From Sulfolobales archaeon (GTDB lineage Archaea; Thermoproteota; Thermoprotei_A; Sulfolobales; AG1), in NCBI GenBank assembly GCA_038867615.1, contig JAWBYA010000001.1, forward strand, positions 256,001-320,000: 64,000 nucleotides of DNA, given 5' to 3'. A program made the position numbers and the translations under genes. Position 1 is the stretch's first letter, and every line of letters starts with the position of its first letter. Of this stretch, positions 1 through 10,544 are shown in pieces. The notes below the pieces were generated by a model that made no database searches, was not told the DNA's origin, and was given only the letters and a program-made list of their open reading frames with translations.

Positions 1-216
1 TCTAAGCCCCACTATCTTAGCCGAGTTGATCATTCTTACCATATGGTCCCTGAGCCTGAATATATAGAGATTATTACCATCCCAGTAGCCCCTGATCCCC
101 TCGAACACCGCTGTCCCGTAGTGGAGGGCGTGTGTCATTACATGGATATATGCCTTACCACACTCAACAAGATCGCCGTCCATCCATATATACCTAGTCC
201 TTGTGCACATGGACAT
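1..216 (-). CDS. ilvE: Branched-chain amino acid aminotransferase (5' part, runs off window)
   Basis: Manual translation MSMCTRTRYIWMDGDLVECGKAYIHVMTHALHYGTAVFEGIRGY matches the class IV aminotransferase N-terminus (HALHYG..FEGIR). Confidence 0.9.
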   Translation of the reverse strand, partial: MSMCTRTRYIWMDGDLVECGKAYIHVMTHALHYGTAVFEGIRGYWDGNNLYIFRLRDHMVRMINSAKIVGLR

Positions 217-347
217 TTTTGATCGTGTGGTAGTGTTGCTGAGCACCTTATAAGGTTTACGCCTATAGTTATTCATAGAATCCCTAGGGCTCTGGCTAGC
301 AGTGTAAAGCCTTATCAGCCTAGAGAGTATATCTGGCAGGTGAGTCT

Positions 348-1292
348 ATGAGGAAGGCTCTGGTGAGGGCATATATGTCATCAGCCAACCTGGGGCCTGG
401 GTTCGATATACTCGCGGTAGCTCTTGATGCGTTCTACGATGAGGTGGAGGTTAGGGTTGTTGGAGAGGGTCTGAGCAGGATCAGCCTGAGTGTTGGCGGT
501 AAATACGGATCCCAGGTACCAGCTGGGGAGGATAACGCTGTGCTTGCACCAATAGAGAAGGCCTTAGAAATAGCTGGGGAGAAGCTCCAGCTCGAGGTAA
601 CACTTAATAAGGGAGTACCTCCGGGTAGGGGTCTTGGGAGTAGTGGTGCCTCTTCAGCAGCTGCTGCGAGGGCTGTGAGCGAGATCCTGGGCGGTGTTTT
701 TCGTGATAGCGAGCTGGTATACATAGCAGGGGAGGGTGAGAGGAAAGTCTCTGGGGAGCCTCACTATGATAATGTCTCTGCAAGCCTCCTCGGAGGATTC
801 GTCCTGGTAAGCCCTGGGGAGAGTGTTAGGGCTAGCAGGATACCTGGTGGTGAGGGTTTCAGCTTCCTCCTAGCAATCCCAGAGATCCAGGTGCCTCCTA
901 AGAAGACAGGGCATGCTAGATCCGTGATCCCGAGGCAGGTGAGCCTGGCTGACTATATAGCTAACTCCTCCAGCCTGGCAAAACTTATCCTAGGGATAGT
1001 TACTAACAATCCAAAGCTAGCTGGCGAGGGGATGATGGATAGGATAGTAGAGCCGGCTAGGGAGAGGGCAGGGCTCATACCACTATACTCTGAGGTGAAG
1101 AACAACGCTCTAAAGGCAGGAGCCTATGGCGTTGTTGTAAGCGGTGCCGGGCCAAGCATATTGATCCTAGCAGATAGAGAGATCCATGGAGAGCTTAGGA
1201 ACATGTTAACCGAGATCTATGCTAAGAGGGGCTATAAAGCTACGATCGTGAGCGCCACCCCAGCCCCGGGTGCCCGTGTAATTATAGGCTAG
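348..1292 (+). CDS. thrB: Homoserine kinase
   Basis: SSANLGPGFD, GHMP motif PPGRGLGSSGAS, HYDNV, SGAGPS. Confidence 0.95.
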   Translation: MRKALVRAYMSSANLGPGFDILAVALDAFYDEVEVRVVGEGLSRISLSVGGKYGSQVPAGEDNAVLAPIEKALEIAGEKLQLEVTLNKGVPPGRGLGSSGASSAAAARAVSEILGGVFRDSELVYIAGEGERKVSGEPHYDNVSASLLGGFVLVSPGESVRASRIPGGEGFSFLLAIPEIQVPPKKTGHARSVIPRQVSLADYIANSSSLAKLILGIVTNNPKLAGEGMMDRIVEPARERAGLIPLYSEVKNNALKAGAYGVVVSGAGPSILILADREIHGELRNMLTEIYAKRGYKATIVSATPAPGARVIIG

Positions 1293-1322
1293 ATTGTTTA
1301 GAGATGGCGAGCTCACCAGGAT

Positions 1323-1757
1323 CTATGGCTCGGGCCATTTTCTCCAATCACCGAACTTCCTATCATATTCAGGACACCCTCTTCTATAGCTAACGCCTCC
1401 CTTCCATTCAACATTAACGAACAGGCTATAGAATAGCCTCTCCCTCAATGAGGGTTTCTTAACGAGGGGCGAGATCGTCTTTATAAACCTCTCCATATCA
1501 TCTCTTGAGGAGAAGTAGATAATCACGATCCCTGAAGATGCTAGGGATAATGGTGGACCGAATATCGAGTATTTAACCACCATATTCATCTCTTTCAGCA
1601 TTTTTAGCAAGTCCTTCAAAGGGATCTTTAGCGATGATACCGGGATCCCGACTTTATAGCATGAGAGCGAGTTACTATGCTGGACTCCTCTCTCAAAGCT
1701 AGCCCAGCACTCACCGCACTTGTTCCACTCGCCAAACCTCTTCCATCTAATACCCAT
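1323..1757 (-). CDS. Hypothetical protein with Cys motifs
   Basis: 144-aa ORF with CGECW and RRGCPEY; no recognised family. Confidence 0.7.
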   Translation of the reverse strand: MGIRWKRFGEWNKCGECWASFERGVQHSNSLSCYKVGIPVSSLKIPLKDLLKMLKEMNMVVKYSIFGPPLSLASSGIVIIYFSSRDDMERFIKTISPLVKKPSLRERLFYSLFVNVEWKGGVSYRRGCPEYDRKFGDWRKWPEP

Positions 1758-2080
1758 ATCTTATCATCTAGCCTGATTTTGAATACCACTAGCCAGCTAT
1801 ATATTACCCTAAATCCAGGCTTTAACGCTGCTATCGTGCTAAACGCTGGCGATCCTATAGATCCTTTACATGTGGAGTTATTTAGATAAGATACATAGCA
1901 ACGTATAAAGCTATATGGCTATCAGGCAGTATAAGAGTTGTTAAGAATCACAATGGGGTCTTCGGCTAATACGTAGGTAACTCTGCTAAGATCAGAGAGA
2001 TCCTAGGATTATTGTTAATAATTCAGCTAGTAGGGAAGTGTTCTCATTAACTCACTATCATATAGGTATGTGGAGAGAGT

Positions 2081-2371
2081 ATGGAGGTAGATATCAAGAG
2101 GCTTGAGAGGCTCGCGCTCCTAAAGCTAAGTGATGAGGAGGAGAGGGCGTTGTCGAAAGATATTGAGAAGATCATTGGTTTTTTCAAACAGCTGGACGGG
2201 ATCGTTCTCGAAGGTGTAGAGCCTTTATTCCATGTTATGGAGAAGGAGGCCGGGGTTAGGGAGGATAGTGTTGAGAAGGGTATAGAGAAGGCGTGGATAG
2301 AGAAGAGCGCGGCAAAAACGATAGACGGCTATGTTGTTGGTCCTAGAACGATAACTGGTGAGGAGTCTTGA
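2081..2371 (+). CDS. gatC: Asp/Glu-tRNA amidotransferase subunit C
   Basis: LERLALLKL..VEPLFH..REDSV; first gene of gatCAB. Confidence 0.9.
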   Translation: MEVDIKRLERLALLKLSDEEERALSKDIEKIIGFFKQLDGIVLEGVEPLFHVMEKEAGVREDSVEKGIEKAWIEKSAAKTIDGYVVGPRTITGEES

Positions 2372-3825
2372 GTCTCGTTGACAAGCAGCTGAGGTATGTG
2401 GTTGAGGCTGTTAGGGATAATAGGGAGGCTTTGAGTGAGTATATATATAGGCTTTACGAGAGGATCGAGAGGTATGAGGAGAGGCTTAAAGGCTTCATAA
2501 CACTCAGGCCAGCTGATACAGTGATCAGGGAGGCTCTTGAGGCTAACAGGCTTGGCAAACCCCTCGCAGGGATCCCGATAGCTGTTAAGGATAACATATC
2601 AACCGAGGGGGTTAGAACAACATGCGCCTCGGCCATCCTTGAGAACTATATACCGCCCTACGATGCTACGGTTGTTAAAAGGCTTAGAGAAGCTGGTGCG
2701 GTGGTCATCGGTAAGACTAATATGGATGAGTTTGCAATGGGATCTACTACAGAGACAAGCCATTTCGGCCCTTCGAGAAACCCCTGGGATCCCTCTAGAG
2801 TTCCCGGCGGTAGTTCCGGAGGTAGTGGTGTTGTTGTTTCAGCATATATGGCTCCAGCAGCCCTTGGAAGCGATACGGGAGGCTCTGTGAGGAATCCAGC
2901 AGCATATACAGGGATCTTTGGGTATAAACCCACATACGGCGGCTTGAGCAGGTATGGCTTGATAGCGTACGCAAGCTCTCTAGACCAGATTGGTCTTATG
3001 ACGAGGGATTCTGTCGATGCAGCCCTTCTCCTCGAATACATAGCTGGTGAGGATCCCAGAGACCCTACATCCCTGGATCTGAGGGTTAGTGGGCTTTTCA
3101 AAGAGATCTCAGGGTTAGGGGAGGGTAGAGATCTTCCAAAGGCTAGGCTGGTCATTGTTAAGGAGATGTGGAGCGGTGTCGAAGATCACGTGTTTAGAAC
3201 AACCATGAATGCTGTTGAGAAGCTCTCCTCAGAGGGCTTTGAGGTTGAGGAGGTAAGTGTTCCTGAGGTTTCCTACGCACTCCCAGCTTACTATGTGATC
3301 GCCTTTGCAGAGGCTAGTTCTAATCTCTCTAGATATGGGATCCCCTTATACGGGTTATCAAGAGATCCTGAGAACACCTCGTGGATCGACTACTACTCTG
3401 AGATAAGATCCAAGGGGTTTGGTAGAGAGGTTAAGAGGAGGATCATGCTTGGAAGCTTTATACTGAGTGCTGGGTATTATGAGCAATACTATATCAAAGC
3501 CCTCAAGGTTAGGAGGATCCTTAGGGATAGATTGCTGCCATTATTGAGAAGGGGCTATATAGCATCGCCAACAATGCCTATACAGCCTCCAAGGCTTGGA
3601 GAGGCTATCGAGGATCCTTTGAGGCTATATGCTATGGATATAGAGACAGTCATACCTAACCTCATAGGATCTCCAGCCATAAGCCTTGTCGCTGGTTTCG
3701 CTAACTCCCTCCCAGTAGGGCTCCAGCTAATAGGCCCTCCCCTAGGCGATCGAGATCTCCTCTTAATAGCCAGGACTATCGAGATCATTATAGGGTTGTC
3801 CAACCTAAGCCCGCAGATGGGGTGA
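2368..3825 (+). CDS. gatA: Asp/Glu-tRNA amidotransferase subunit A
   Basis: Amidase signature KDNI, GKTNMDEFAMGS, GGSSGGS, GSDTGGSVR. Confidence 0.97.
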   Translation: MSLVDKQLRYVVEAVRDNREALSEYIYRLYERIERYEERLKGFITLRPADTVIREALEANRLGKPLAGIPIAVKDNISTEGVRTTCASAILENYIPPYDATVVKRLREAGAVVIGKTNMDEFAMGSTTETSHFGPSRNPWDPSRVPGGSSGGSGVVVSAYMAPAALGSDTGGSVRNPAAYTGIFGYKPTYGGLSRYGLIAYASSLDQIGLMTRDSVDAALLLEYIAGEDPRDPTSLDLRVSGLFKEISGLGEGRDLPKARLVIVKEMWSGVEDHVFRTTMNAVEKLSSEGFEVEEVSVPEVSYALPAYYVIAFAEASSNLSRYGIPLYGLSRDPENTSWIDYYSEIRSKGFGREVKRRIMLGSFILSAGYYEQYYIKALKVRRILRDRLLPLLRRGYIASPTMPIQPPRLGEAIEDPLRLYAMDIETVIPNLIGSPAISLVAGFANSLPVGLQLIGPPLGDRDLLLIARTIEIIIGLSNLSPQMG

Positions 3826-5276
3826 ATAAAGTGACCCCACAGAAAGCAGTTATAGGGCTTGAGATCCACATCCAGGTTAATACTGTGAGGAGTAAGATGT
3901 TCTGCACATGCTCACAGGATTATAGAGGAGCACCGCCGAACACTAACGTGTGCCCCGTATGTCTAGGCCTCCCAGGATCTCTCCCCGTACCTAACAGGGA
4001 GGTTATTAGGAAGGCTATTATGCTCGCCCTAGCCCTAGGATCCAGGGTATTGGATAAGGTGGTATTTGTTAGAAAACACTACTTCTACCCAGATCTCCCG
4101 AAGGGGTATCAGATAAGCCAGCATAGAGGTCCCGGGATGGCTCCCATAGCTGTTGGGGGTTCTCTTGAGATAGAGGGCGATAGCGGTCCCAAGAGGGTTA
4201 GGATGAGGAGGCTAGGGGTTGAGGAGGATCCAGCTAGGATCACCTACCCATCAGGCGATCCTACTAGGAGTAGCTATAGCCTTATCGACTATAACAGATC
4301 CGGTGTACCATTAATAGAGGTTGTAACAGAACCAGATCTCTCAAGCCCGAAGGAGGCTAGAGTATTTATGGAGAAACTGTTAGAGCTTGTGGATCATCTC
4401 GGGATCTCTAACCCAGATCTAGAGGGCGCCTTCAGAGTTGATGTAAACATATCCATAGAGGGTGGCGAGAGGGTTGAGGTTAAGAACATAGGCTCTCTCA
4501 AGGATATCGAGAAGGCTATAAGCTATGAGGTTGTTAGGCAGAGGGCCGTGCTAGCAGCTGGGGGGAAGATCCAGAGGGAGACCAGGCACTGGGATCCTGT
4601 GAAGGGTGTAACCATAGTCTCAAGGTATAAGGAGCTTGAGGAGGAATATAGATACTTCCCAGACCCCGACCTACCCCCTATAGCTATTACTAGCAGCATT
4701 GTGGAGGAGATAGCTTCTAAAATGCCCGAGCTGCCATGGCATAGGGCTGAGAGGTATGTTAAGACCTATGGATTAACCCAATATGTGTCGAGAGTCCTGG
4801 TGAGTAGGAAAAGGCTTTCAGAGTTCTTCGAAGAAGTTGTAAAGATCTATGGCGATCCGAGGAGGGTTGCTGACCTCCTCATAAACGACTTCTTAGGGAT
4901 CGTTAATGAGAGGGGAGGAAACCTCGATATGGTGAAGGCCTCGCCCCAGAGTATTGCGAAGCTCCTCTCATTAATGGATCAGGGCGTGATCAGTGTAAAG
5001 ATCATGAAGATGATCCTCGAGAGAGTAGTGCTGGGAGGAGAGGATCCGGAAGAGATAGTTGCTAGGGAGAACCTAAAGGTAATAGCAAGCGATGAGGAGC
5101 TTGAGGAGCTTGCAGAGAAGGTTATCAAGGAGAACCCCAAGGCTGTTGAAGATGCTAAGAAGAATCCTAAGGCTATAAACTATCTAGTCGGGCAGGTGAT
5201 GAAACTAACTAGGGGGAGAGCGGATCCCCAGAAGATAGCTGCGATAATAAGGAGAAAACTCTCCATAGGATCCTGA
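3822..5276 (+). CDS. gatB: Asp/Glu-tRNA amidotransferase subunit B
   Basis: IGLEIH, CPVCLGLPG, RKHYFYPDLPKGYQISQ, YRYFPDPDL. Confidence 0.97.
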   Translation: MNKVTPQKAVIGLEIHIQVNTVRSKMFCTCSQDYRGAPPNTNVCPVCLGLPGSLPVPNREVIRKAIMLALALGSRVLDKVVFVRKHYFYPDLPKGYQISQHRGPGMAPIAVGGSLEIEGDSGPKRVRMRRLGVEEDPARITYPSGDPTRSSYSLIDYNRSGVPLIEVVTEPDLSSPKEARVFMEKLLELVDHLGISNPDLEGAFRVDVNISIEGGERVEVKNIGSLKDIEKAISYEVVRQRAVLAAGGKIQRETRHWDPVKGVTIVSRYKELEEEYRYFPDPDLPPIAITSSIVEEIASKMPELPWHRAERYVKTYGLTQYVSRVLVSRKRLSEFFEEVVKIYGDPRRVADLLINDFLGIVNERGGNLDMVKASPQSIAKLLSLMDQGVISVKIMKMILERVVLGGEDPEEIVARENLKVIASDEELEELAEKVIKENPKAVEDAKKNPKAINYLVGQVMKLTRGRADPQKIAAIIRRKLSIGS

Positions 5277-5435
5277 GCCGTTCTAAATTATTTCAGGCAT
5301 CGTACAGGTTACAGGCTTACAGGTCTAGAATATATTTCGATGATCCCTGACCAATGATGATATTAATAGAGATCCAGGTGTGTTGGTAAAAGAAGAACAA
5401 GGGCATAGGGTTTCTCTATAATAGCGAGCAGAGGA

Positions 5436-5535
5436 TCTGTGAAGAAGAGCTATGGGTTGAGAAGGCTCTGAATTGGTTGAGACTAATTAATATGGGTTCC
5501 GGTGAGAGGTATTAACAGCTATGAACCCCGAACCT
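5436..5535 (+). repeat. Degenerate copy of dispersed tnpB-3'-end-like element
   Basis: gagctatgggttg..gaattggttgag..gggttcc..aacagctatgaaccccgaacc aligns with 33597-33728. Confidence 0.65.
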
Positions 5536-5572
5536 GAGCTCTACTCATTAATACCTGCCTTAGCATATATAG

Positions 5573-7246
5573 ATGGGTTTAGCCGCTATGAAGTACTCTA
5601 CCGCCGAGCCGTTGGTGGATCCTTACGAGGCTGTGGAGATCTTTCTTAAAGAGTTAGGGCCTTTAGAGATAGGTTGTGAGGAGATCTTCATAGAAGATAG
5701 CATTGGGAGGGTTGCTTGTAGCGATATAGTGCTACCCATACCACTCCCACCCTTTCCAAGATCCCTGGTTGATGGCTATGCTGTTCTCTACAGCGATGTG
5801 GCTGGCGCTTCTAGGGATAGGCCTGTTAGGCTAAGCCTTGCTGGGAGGATAGGTGTTGGTGTCGGTGCCGAGCACATATTGATCAAGCCGGGTACTTGTT
5901 ACGAGGTGGCAACAGGCTCCCATCTCCCTAGGAACACGGATCTAGTGGTTCCTTTTGAAGATACTGAGGAGAAAGGTTCTGAGGTGATTATCTATAGCTC
6001 TCCCAAGAGGGGTGATAATATAGCCTACCCGGGCAGCGACCTACCCTCGGGAACCGTTATTGTTAAGAAGGGATGGGTTATGGATGAGAAAGCCCTAGCA
6101 GCACTTGCATCTGCAGGGATTAAGAGGATATCTGTTTATAGAAAGCCGAGGGTATGTGTAGTATCAACTGGCAAGGAGCTTCTGGAGCCTGGAGAGCCTC
6201 TCAGGCCTGGTATGGTGTATGAGTCTAATCTAAGATCTCTGAAAGCTCTTCTAGAATCCAGGGGGTTTGATGTAGAGCCTGTTGGCATTGTTGGCGATGA
6301 TATAGATGATCTGAGGAGAGCGATTCTTAGCAGTGTCGAAAGATGCGATCTAGTAGTGACCACCGGGGGAACCTCGGCTGGTGTTGAGGATAACGTATAC
6401 AGGGTTGTGGGCGAGGCTGGAAGAATTATTGTGAGAGGTGTGAAGCTAAGGCCAGGCAAACCAACAAGCCTCGGGATCATTAAGGGTAAGCCTGTTGTGA
6501 GCATCTCGGGGAACCCCGTAGCTGTGTTTGTTCTAGTGGAGATGGTTCTGCCAAGGCTTCTTAGGAGGATTAAGGGTGAAGATGAGATCCCCAGAGCCCC
6601 TACCCAGGGGCGTGCAAGGCTTCTTAGGAGGATTAAGGGTTCGAGGGGAAGGATAGCTGTTATACCAAGTATACTTGTTAAAGGCTCTGGAGGGCTTTTC
6701 ATCCTACCCTGGGTTCTTGGGAGCTATATGATCTCGAGGCTGTCCTTGGCAGATGCATATATAGAGATCCACTATAGCAGGGGTAAGCCTGTAGAGGTTG
6801 GTGAGGAGGTAGAGTACAAGGCCCTTGGAAGAGAGCCTAGAGTGTTTGTTCTTGAGGCGAGCGAGATCGCGGGGGGAGTGGATGTGGTGGGCGATAGGCT
6901 TATAATATATGCCTCGCGGGAAGAGGCTGAGATGTGGCTTGGTATGGGGGCAGCATCCTTGATCCATGTGTGCGATGGTTACAGGATAAAGGGTGATAGG
7001 GTTTTGGTTGAGATGAAAACACTCCCAGAGAGTAGGAGTTATGGTAGGGAATTCGGTGTTCTTGCTAGAGATAGGATCGAGAGGGTTCCGGGATATGGTG
7101 GGGATAGCTGCTTCTCAAGAATCGTGGGAGAGATCCTTAGGGAGAGGGGTGTGGAGGACTATGTGGTTATCGATGTGGACTTACCCTCACAGGCTAGAGA
7201 TATGTTTGCACAGGGTCTTGTGGACATAGCTTTAGAGCCTCTCTAA
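5573..7246 (+). CDS. moeA: Molybdopterin molybdotransferase MoeA with C-terminal extension
   Basis: PPFPRSLVDGYA, STGKEL, YESN, TTGGTSAG, RPGKP, SGNPVA. Confidence 0.9.
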   Translation: MGLAAMKYSTAEPLVDPYEAVEIFLKELGPLEIGCEEIFIEDSIGRVACSDIVLPIPLPPFPRSLVDGYAVLYSDVAGASRDRPVRLSLAGRIGVGVGAEHILIKPGTCYEVATGSHLPRNTDLVVPFEDTEEKGSEVIIYSSPKRGDNIAYPGSDLPSGTVIVKKGWVMDEKALAALASAGIKRISVYRKPRVCVVSTGKELLEPGEPLRPGMVYESNLRSLKALLESRGFDVEPVGIVGDDIDDLRRAILSSVERCDLVVTTGGTSAGVEDNVYRVVGEAGRIIVRGVKLRPGKPTSLGIIKGKPVVSISGNPVAVFVLVEMVLPRLLRRIKGEDEIPRAPTQGRARLLRRIKGSRGRIAVIPSILVKGSGGLFILPWVLGSYMISRLSLADAYIEIHYSRGKPVEVGEEVEYKALGREPRVFVLEASEIAGGVDVVGDRLIIYASREEAEMWLGMGAASLIHVCDGYRIKGDRVLVEMKTLPESRSYGREFGVLARDRIERVPGYGGDSCFSRIVGEILRERGVEDYVVIDVDLPSQARDMFAQGLVDIALEPL

Positions 7247-7363
7247 ATGAGATCCAATAGATCTCTAGCCACAGCTTAAAGATCGAGCAAGCAGATCGAG
7301 ATCCTCATCGTTCATGTTACCATTAAATGTCCTTCTTATTATAGTTAATGGTGGTAACACCTA

Positions 7364-8110
7364 TTGGGCTTTTTAAGAGATCTTTTATCTCTTGTGTCGT
7401 TTCTAACGATCTATCCGGTTCCGAGTAAATATAGATCTCTATATGATGCTGCGTCAGCATTCTATCTATCCCCTATGGTTGGCTTTCTAAGAGGTGTTCC
7501 CGGCTTTATCATCCTAACAATAGCGGGATCTCTACCCCAACAATTCCTAGCAGGATTCGCTATTGCTCTCCACATCATTATACAGGGTTTTCTACATATA
7601 GACGGCTTTATAGACTTCAGCGAGGCTCTTCTAGCATCTAGGTTTGGTAGGGATGCAAGGGCTATTATGAAGGATAGGTATAGAGGATCCTATGGGATCG
7701 CCTCTATGGGTCTATATATAGCTTTGCTCTACTCCTCATTATCATCGATAGATCCTAAGCTCCTCCCAGTGGTTTACCTCCTGGGCGAGGTTATCCATGG
7801 TGGATCTATGGTTATCTGCATGGGGCTTGGGAGGGTCGAGCCCTATGAGGGTCTTGGAAGCGTTTTTAAAAGATCCCTTAGCCGTGGTAGGGTAGCGATC
7901 TCCATGGTGGTTCTAATCACACTCTACAGCTTGGTGTCCCTGTTATCACTAGGATCCCTGCCCCTATATCAGTTAGTCCTTGCTATACTAGCACCGGTGT
8001 TTTCAGCTATGATCGCTAACAGGGTTCTCGGGTATGTTAGTGGGGATGTAGCCGGCTTCTCTGGCGAGGCTAGCTATGTGTTTTTCATGATCTCGTGGGT
8101 ATCCATATGA
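7364..8110 (+). CDS. cobS: Adenosylcobinamide-GDP ribazoletransferase
   Basis: FLTIYP, GFLHIDGFIDFSE, IMKD, GYVSGDVAG; membrane protein. Confidence 0.9.
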   Translation: MGFLRDLLSLVSFLTIYPVPSKYRSLYDAASAFYLSPMVGFLRGVPGFIILTIAGSLPQQFLAGFAIALHIIIQGFLHIDGFIDFSEALLASRFGRDARAIMKDRYRGSYGIASMGLYIALLYSSLSSIDPKLLPVVYLLGEVIHGGSMVICMGLGRVEPYEGLGSVFKRSLSRGRVAISMVVLITLYSLVSLLSLGSLPLYQLVLAILAPVFSAMIANRVLGYVSGDVAGFSGEASYVFFMISWVSI

Positions 8111-9111
8111 TCGATTTTCTCCTACCCGCGGGATTGTTTGAGATAGTTGCTCCTATATTATTAGGACTCTTAATGGATCTCCTATACCCGTATCACAGGG
8201 GCTTGCTCCTCAAGGTACACCCGGTTCATACAGCATATACTATGGCTAGGTTTCTCTCCCCACCTGGTTCTAGTAGGGCTAGGGGGGTTGTTACATGGCT
8301 TGTTGTCATGATTGTTCACTGCACCGTCTATGGATCTCTTCTCTATATAGCCCGCATGCTCGGAGAGATCTTCTGGATCCTTGTCTCGGCATATATAGTG
8401 AAGCTCTCAGTATCCGTAAGGCTTTTAGTAGATATCGTGAGGGGCGTGGCGAGATGTCTCGAGGCAGGCGATATAGCATGTGCTAGGGAGAAGACATCGT
8501 GGATCGTTAGGAGGGATACTAGCAGGCTGGGGGAGGGGCATTTAGCATCAGCCTCGATAGAATCGCTCTTTGAGAGCACAGTCGATGGTATAGCATCGCC
8601 CCTGCTATACACAGCCCTCCTAGGACCTATGGGAGGACTTATACAGAGGCTTATAAACACTCTAGACGGGGCTCTTGGATTCAAAACACCCGAGTATATA
8701 AAGGCCGGGTGGCTCTCGGCAAAAGCCGATACTATTATTAACTATATACCAGCCAGGCTCGTGGCAATCATGATCATTATCCTCGCGCCAATAGCTGGGG
8801 GTAGTATTGGGAGAGCCCTAAAGATCTATATAGAGTATAGGAGAAAGACTGAGAGTGTGAATGCCGGGCACCCTATGGCGGCTGCTGCCGGGAGTCTCGG
8901 TATCAGACTAGAGAAGGTGGGGAGCTATGTGCTTGGTGAGGGCCCTTTACCAGGTTATCGAGATATATATAGAGCTTTGGGACTATTTGCAGCTGTCCTG
9001 ATCCTTGTATACATAGTTACACTTGTTATTGCTATCTATGCAAACTATCTCGTATTTCACCAGGGTTTATTCTCTCGCTGGATCCTCGTGTTTTTCATGC
9101 CTGAAAGATAA
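8107..9111 (+). CDS. cbiB: Adenosylcobinamide-phosphate synthase CbiB/CobD
   Basis: HPV, IVRRDT, ESLFESTVDG, INTLD, NYIPARL, SVNAGHP; ATG overlaps the cobS stop (ATGA). Confidence 0.92.
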   Translation: MIDFLLPAGLFEIVAPILLGLLMDLLYPYHRGLLLKVHPVHTAYTMARFLSPPGSSRARGVVTWLVVMIVHCTVYGSLLYIARMLGEIFWILVSAYIVKLSVSVRLLVDIVRGVARCLEAGDIACAREKTSWIVRRDTSRLGEGHLASASIESLFESTVDGIASPLLYTALLGPMGGLIQRLINTLDGALGFKTPEYIKAGWLSAKADTIINYIPARLVAIMIIILAPIAGGSIGRALKIYIEYRRKTESVNAGHPMAAAAGSLGIRLEKVGSYVLGEGPLPGYRDIYRALGLFAAVLILVYIVTLVIAIYANYLVFHQGLFSRWILVFFMPER

Positions 9112-9206
9112 TTATTATATTCTAGGTATGTTTGTCCACGACACAAGTATGGAGAGAACGGGTTGGTGGAGGTAGAGATAACATGTTTATAATGCTATAT
9201 CAACTG

Positions 9207-10544
9207 CTACGATGTCATCTCTATCAGTCTGGCAAGGGTTATGATCCTTCCTTGGTTTATATTGATAGCATTAACTCCTCTTCCTCTCAGCTCTTTTGCC
9301 AAGGCCATGCTGTCCTTGAGCATCTCCATTAACTTGATCTTAGAGCCTAGATCTAGTCTTCTGGCTAGATCTAGGCTTGGGGTTGGGATGACTGTGTAGA
9401 AAGAGCCTCCAGCATTTCTCACAGTCCTTTCTATTCTCTCTATAGCTGTGACGACAGCGCTAGAATCTCTCGAGGGTGCTGTGAAGAGTAGCACTATGTC
9501 TCCTCCTTTTAGATTTCTCATTAGTAGTTTCGTAAGAGGTCTGGGATCTATATCGCTAACCACGGTATCCTGGGAGAAGCTAATTCTAGCCATTCTTGAT
9601 AGAATACTCCTATACCCGCCAAGCCCTCTTGAGGGCCCAACAAGATCTATGGTCTCTCTGGAGTATAGTGCTAGGAACATTGCATCGCCCCTGGATGCTG
9701 AGTACCTCGACATTGTCGCTATAATTCTCGCCGCGTTTTCAAAAGGCGTCTCTCTATAGGGTCCTGTGAACATATCGCCTGCTATGAGGAGTATGTAGAA
9801 TATATTGCCCGACGCCTCTTTCTCTGTCTCTTTAACTATCAATCTGCCCCATCTGGCTGTATGTCTCCACACGATCCTTCTGGGCTCGTCTCCCTCTCTA
9901 TACTCTCTCACGCTGAGGAACTCGGTACCGCTTCCAGAGATTCTTGATCTAGCCATCCCTATAGATCTCGCTAGGAGAAGGCTGGATCTGAGGCTTGAGG
10001 GGATTAATCTTGGTAGCACGAGAAGCTCTACAGGCTCTCCCACATCGATCTCATCGCTTCTAAAGAGACCTAGAGGATCTCTGACAACGATCCTCAGCGG
10101 GCCTATAAGATGCCTCCCGGTCCTAGCCTCAAAGGCTGCTTTATATGTTGCACACCCCCTTGGGGGGATCATGATAAAGGCCCTTCTAGATCCTTTGGAA
10201 AGCCTCAAATGCTCCGGGTATACTAGGAAGATCTCTATAGGGCCTATTGGTATTAACCCACTATTACACAGCCTGTATGTTACCCAGAGTTCGTCTCCCT
10301 CAAAACCCCTGTCAGCAGCACCCCTAACCCCAGACCTGGTGATTTTATTCATAGATATATTGACATACCCCATGAGGACTAGAGAGAGGATTACCAGGAA
10401 AACCCCTGACCACACAAGAACCCGGGAATAGCTCGCAGGAATCCCGATCAGGTTTCCTGGAAAGGATCCGATAGTTATAAATATGGCAGCCACAAGAACC
10501 ACGGAAGCAAGCCTCTCGGTTGATTTCACTATATGCTGCGACAT
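9207..10544 (-). CDS. DUF58 domain-containing membrane protein
   Basis: Two N-terminal TM helices, DPLGLF, EFLSVREYREGDEPRRIVWRHTAR. Confidence 0.85.
   Translation of the reverse strand: MSQHIVKSTERLASVVLVAAIFITIGSFPGNLIGIPASYSRVLVWSGVFLVILSLVLMGYVNISMNKITRSGVRGAADRGFEGDELWVTYRLCNSGLIPIGPIEIFLVYPEHLRLSKGSRRAFIMIPPRGCATYKAAFEARTGRHLIGPLRIVVRDPLGLFRSDEIDVGEPVELLVLPRLIPSSLRSSLLLARSIGMARSRISGSGTEFLSVREYREGDEPRRIVWRHTARWGRLIVKETEKEASGNIFYILLIAGDMFTGPYRETPFENAARIIATMSRYSASRGDAMFLALYSRETIDLVGPSRGLGGYRSILSRMARISFSQDTVVSDIDPRPLTKLLMRNLKGGDIVLLFTAPSRDSSAVVTAIERIERTVRNAGGSFYTVIPTPSLDLARRLDLGSKIKLMEMLKDSMALAKELRGRGVNAININQGRIITLARLIEMTS

Noticed and set aside
5303-5362. Three tacagg copies and ATGATGA as a C/D sRNA or iteron set
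   Set aside because: No D box at a suitable distance downstream, and the repeats are too short to be meaningful.
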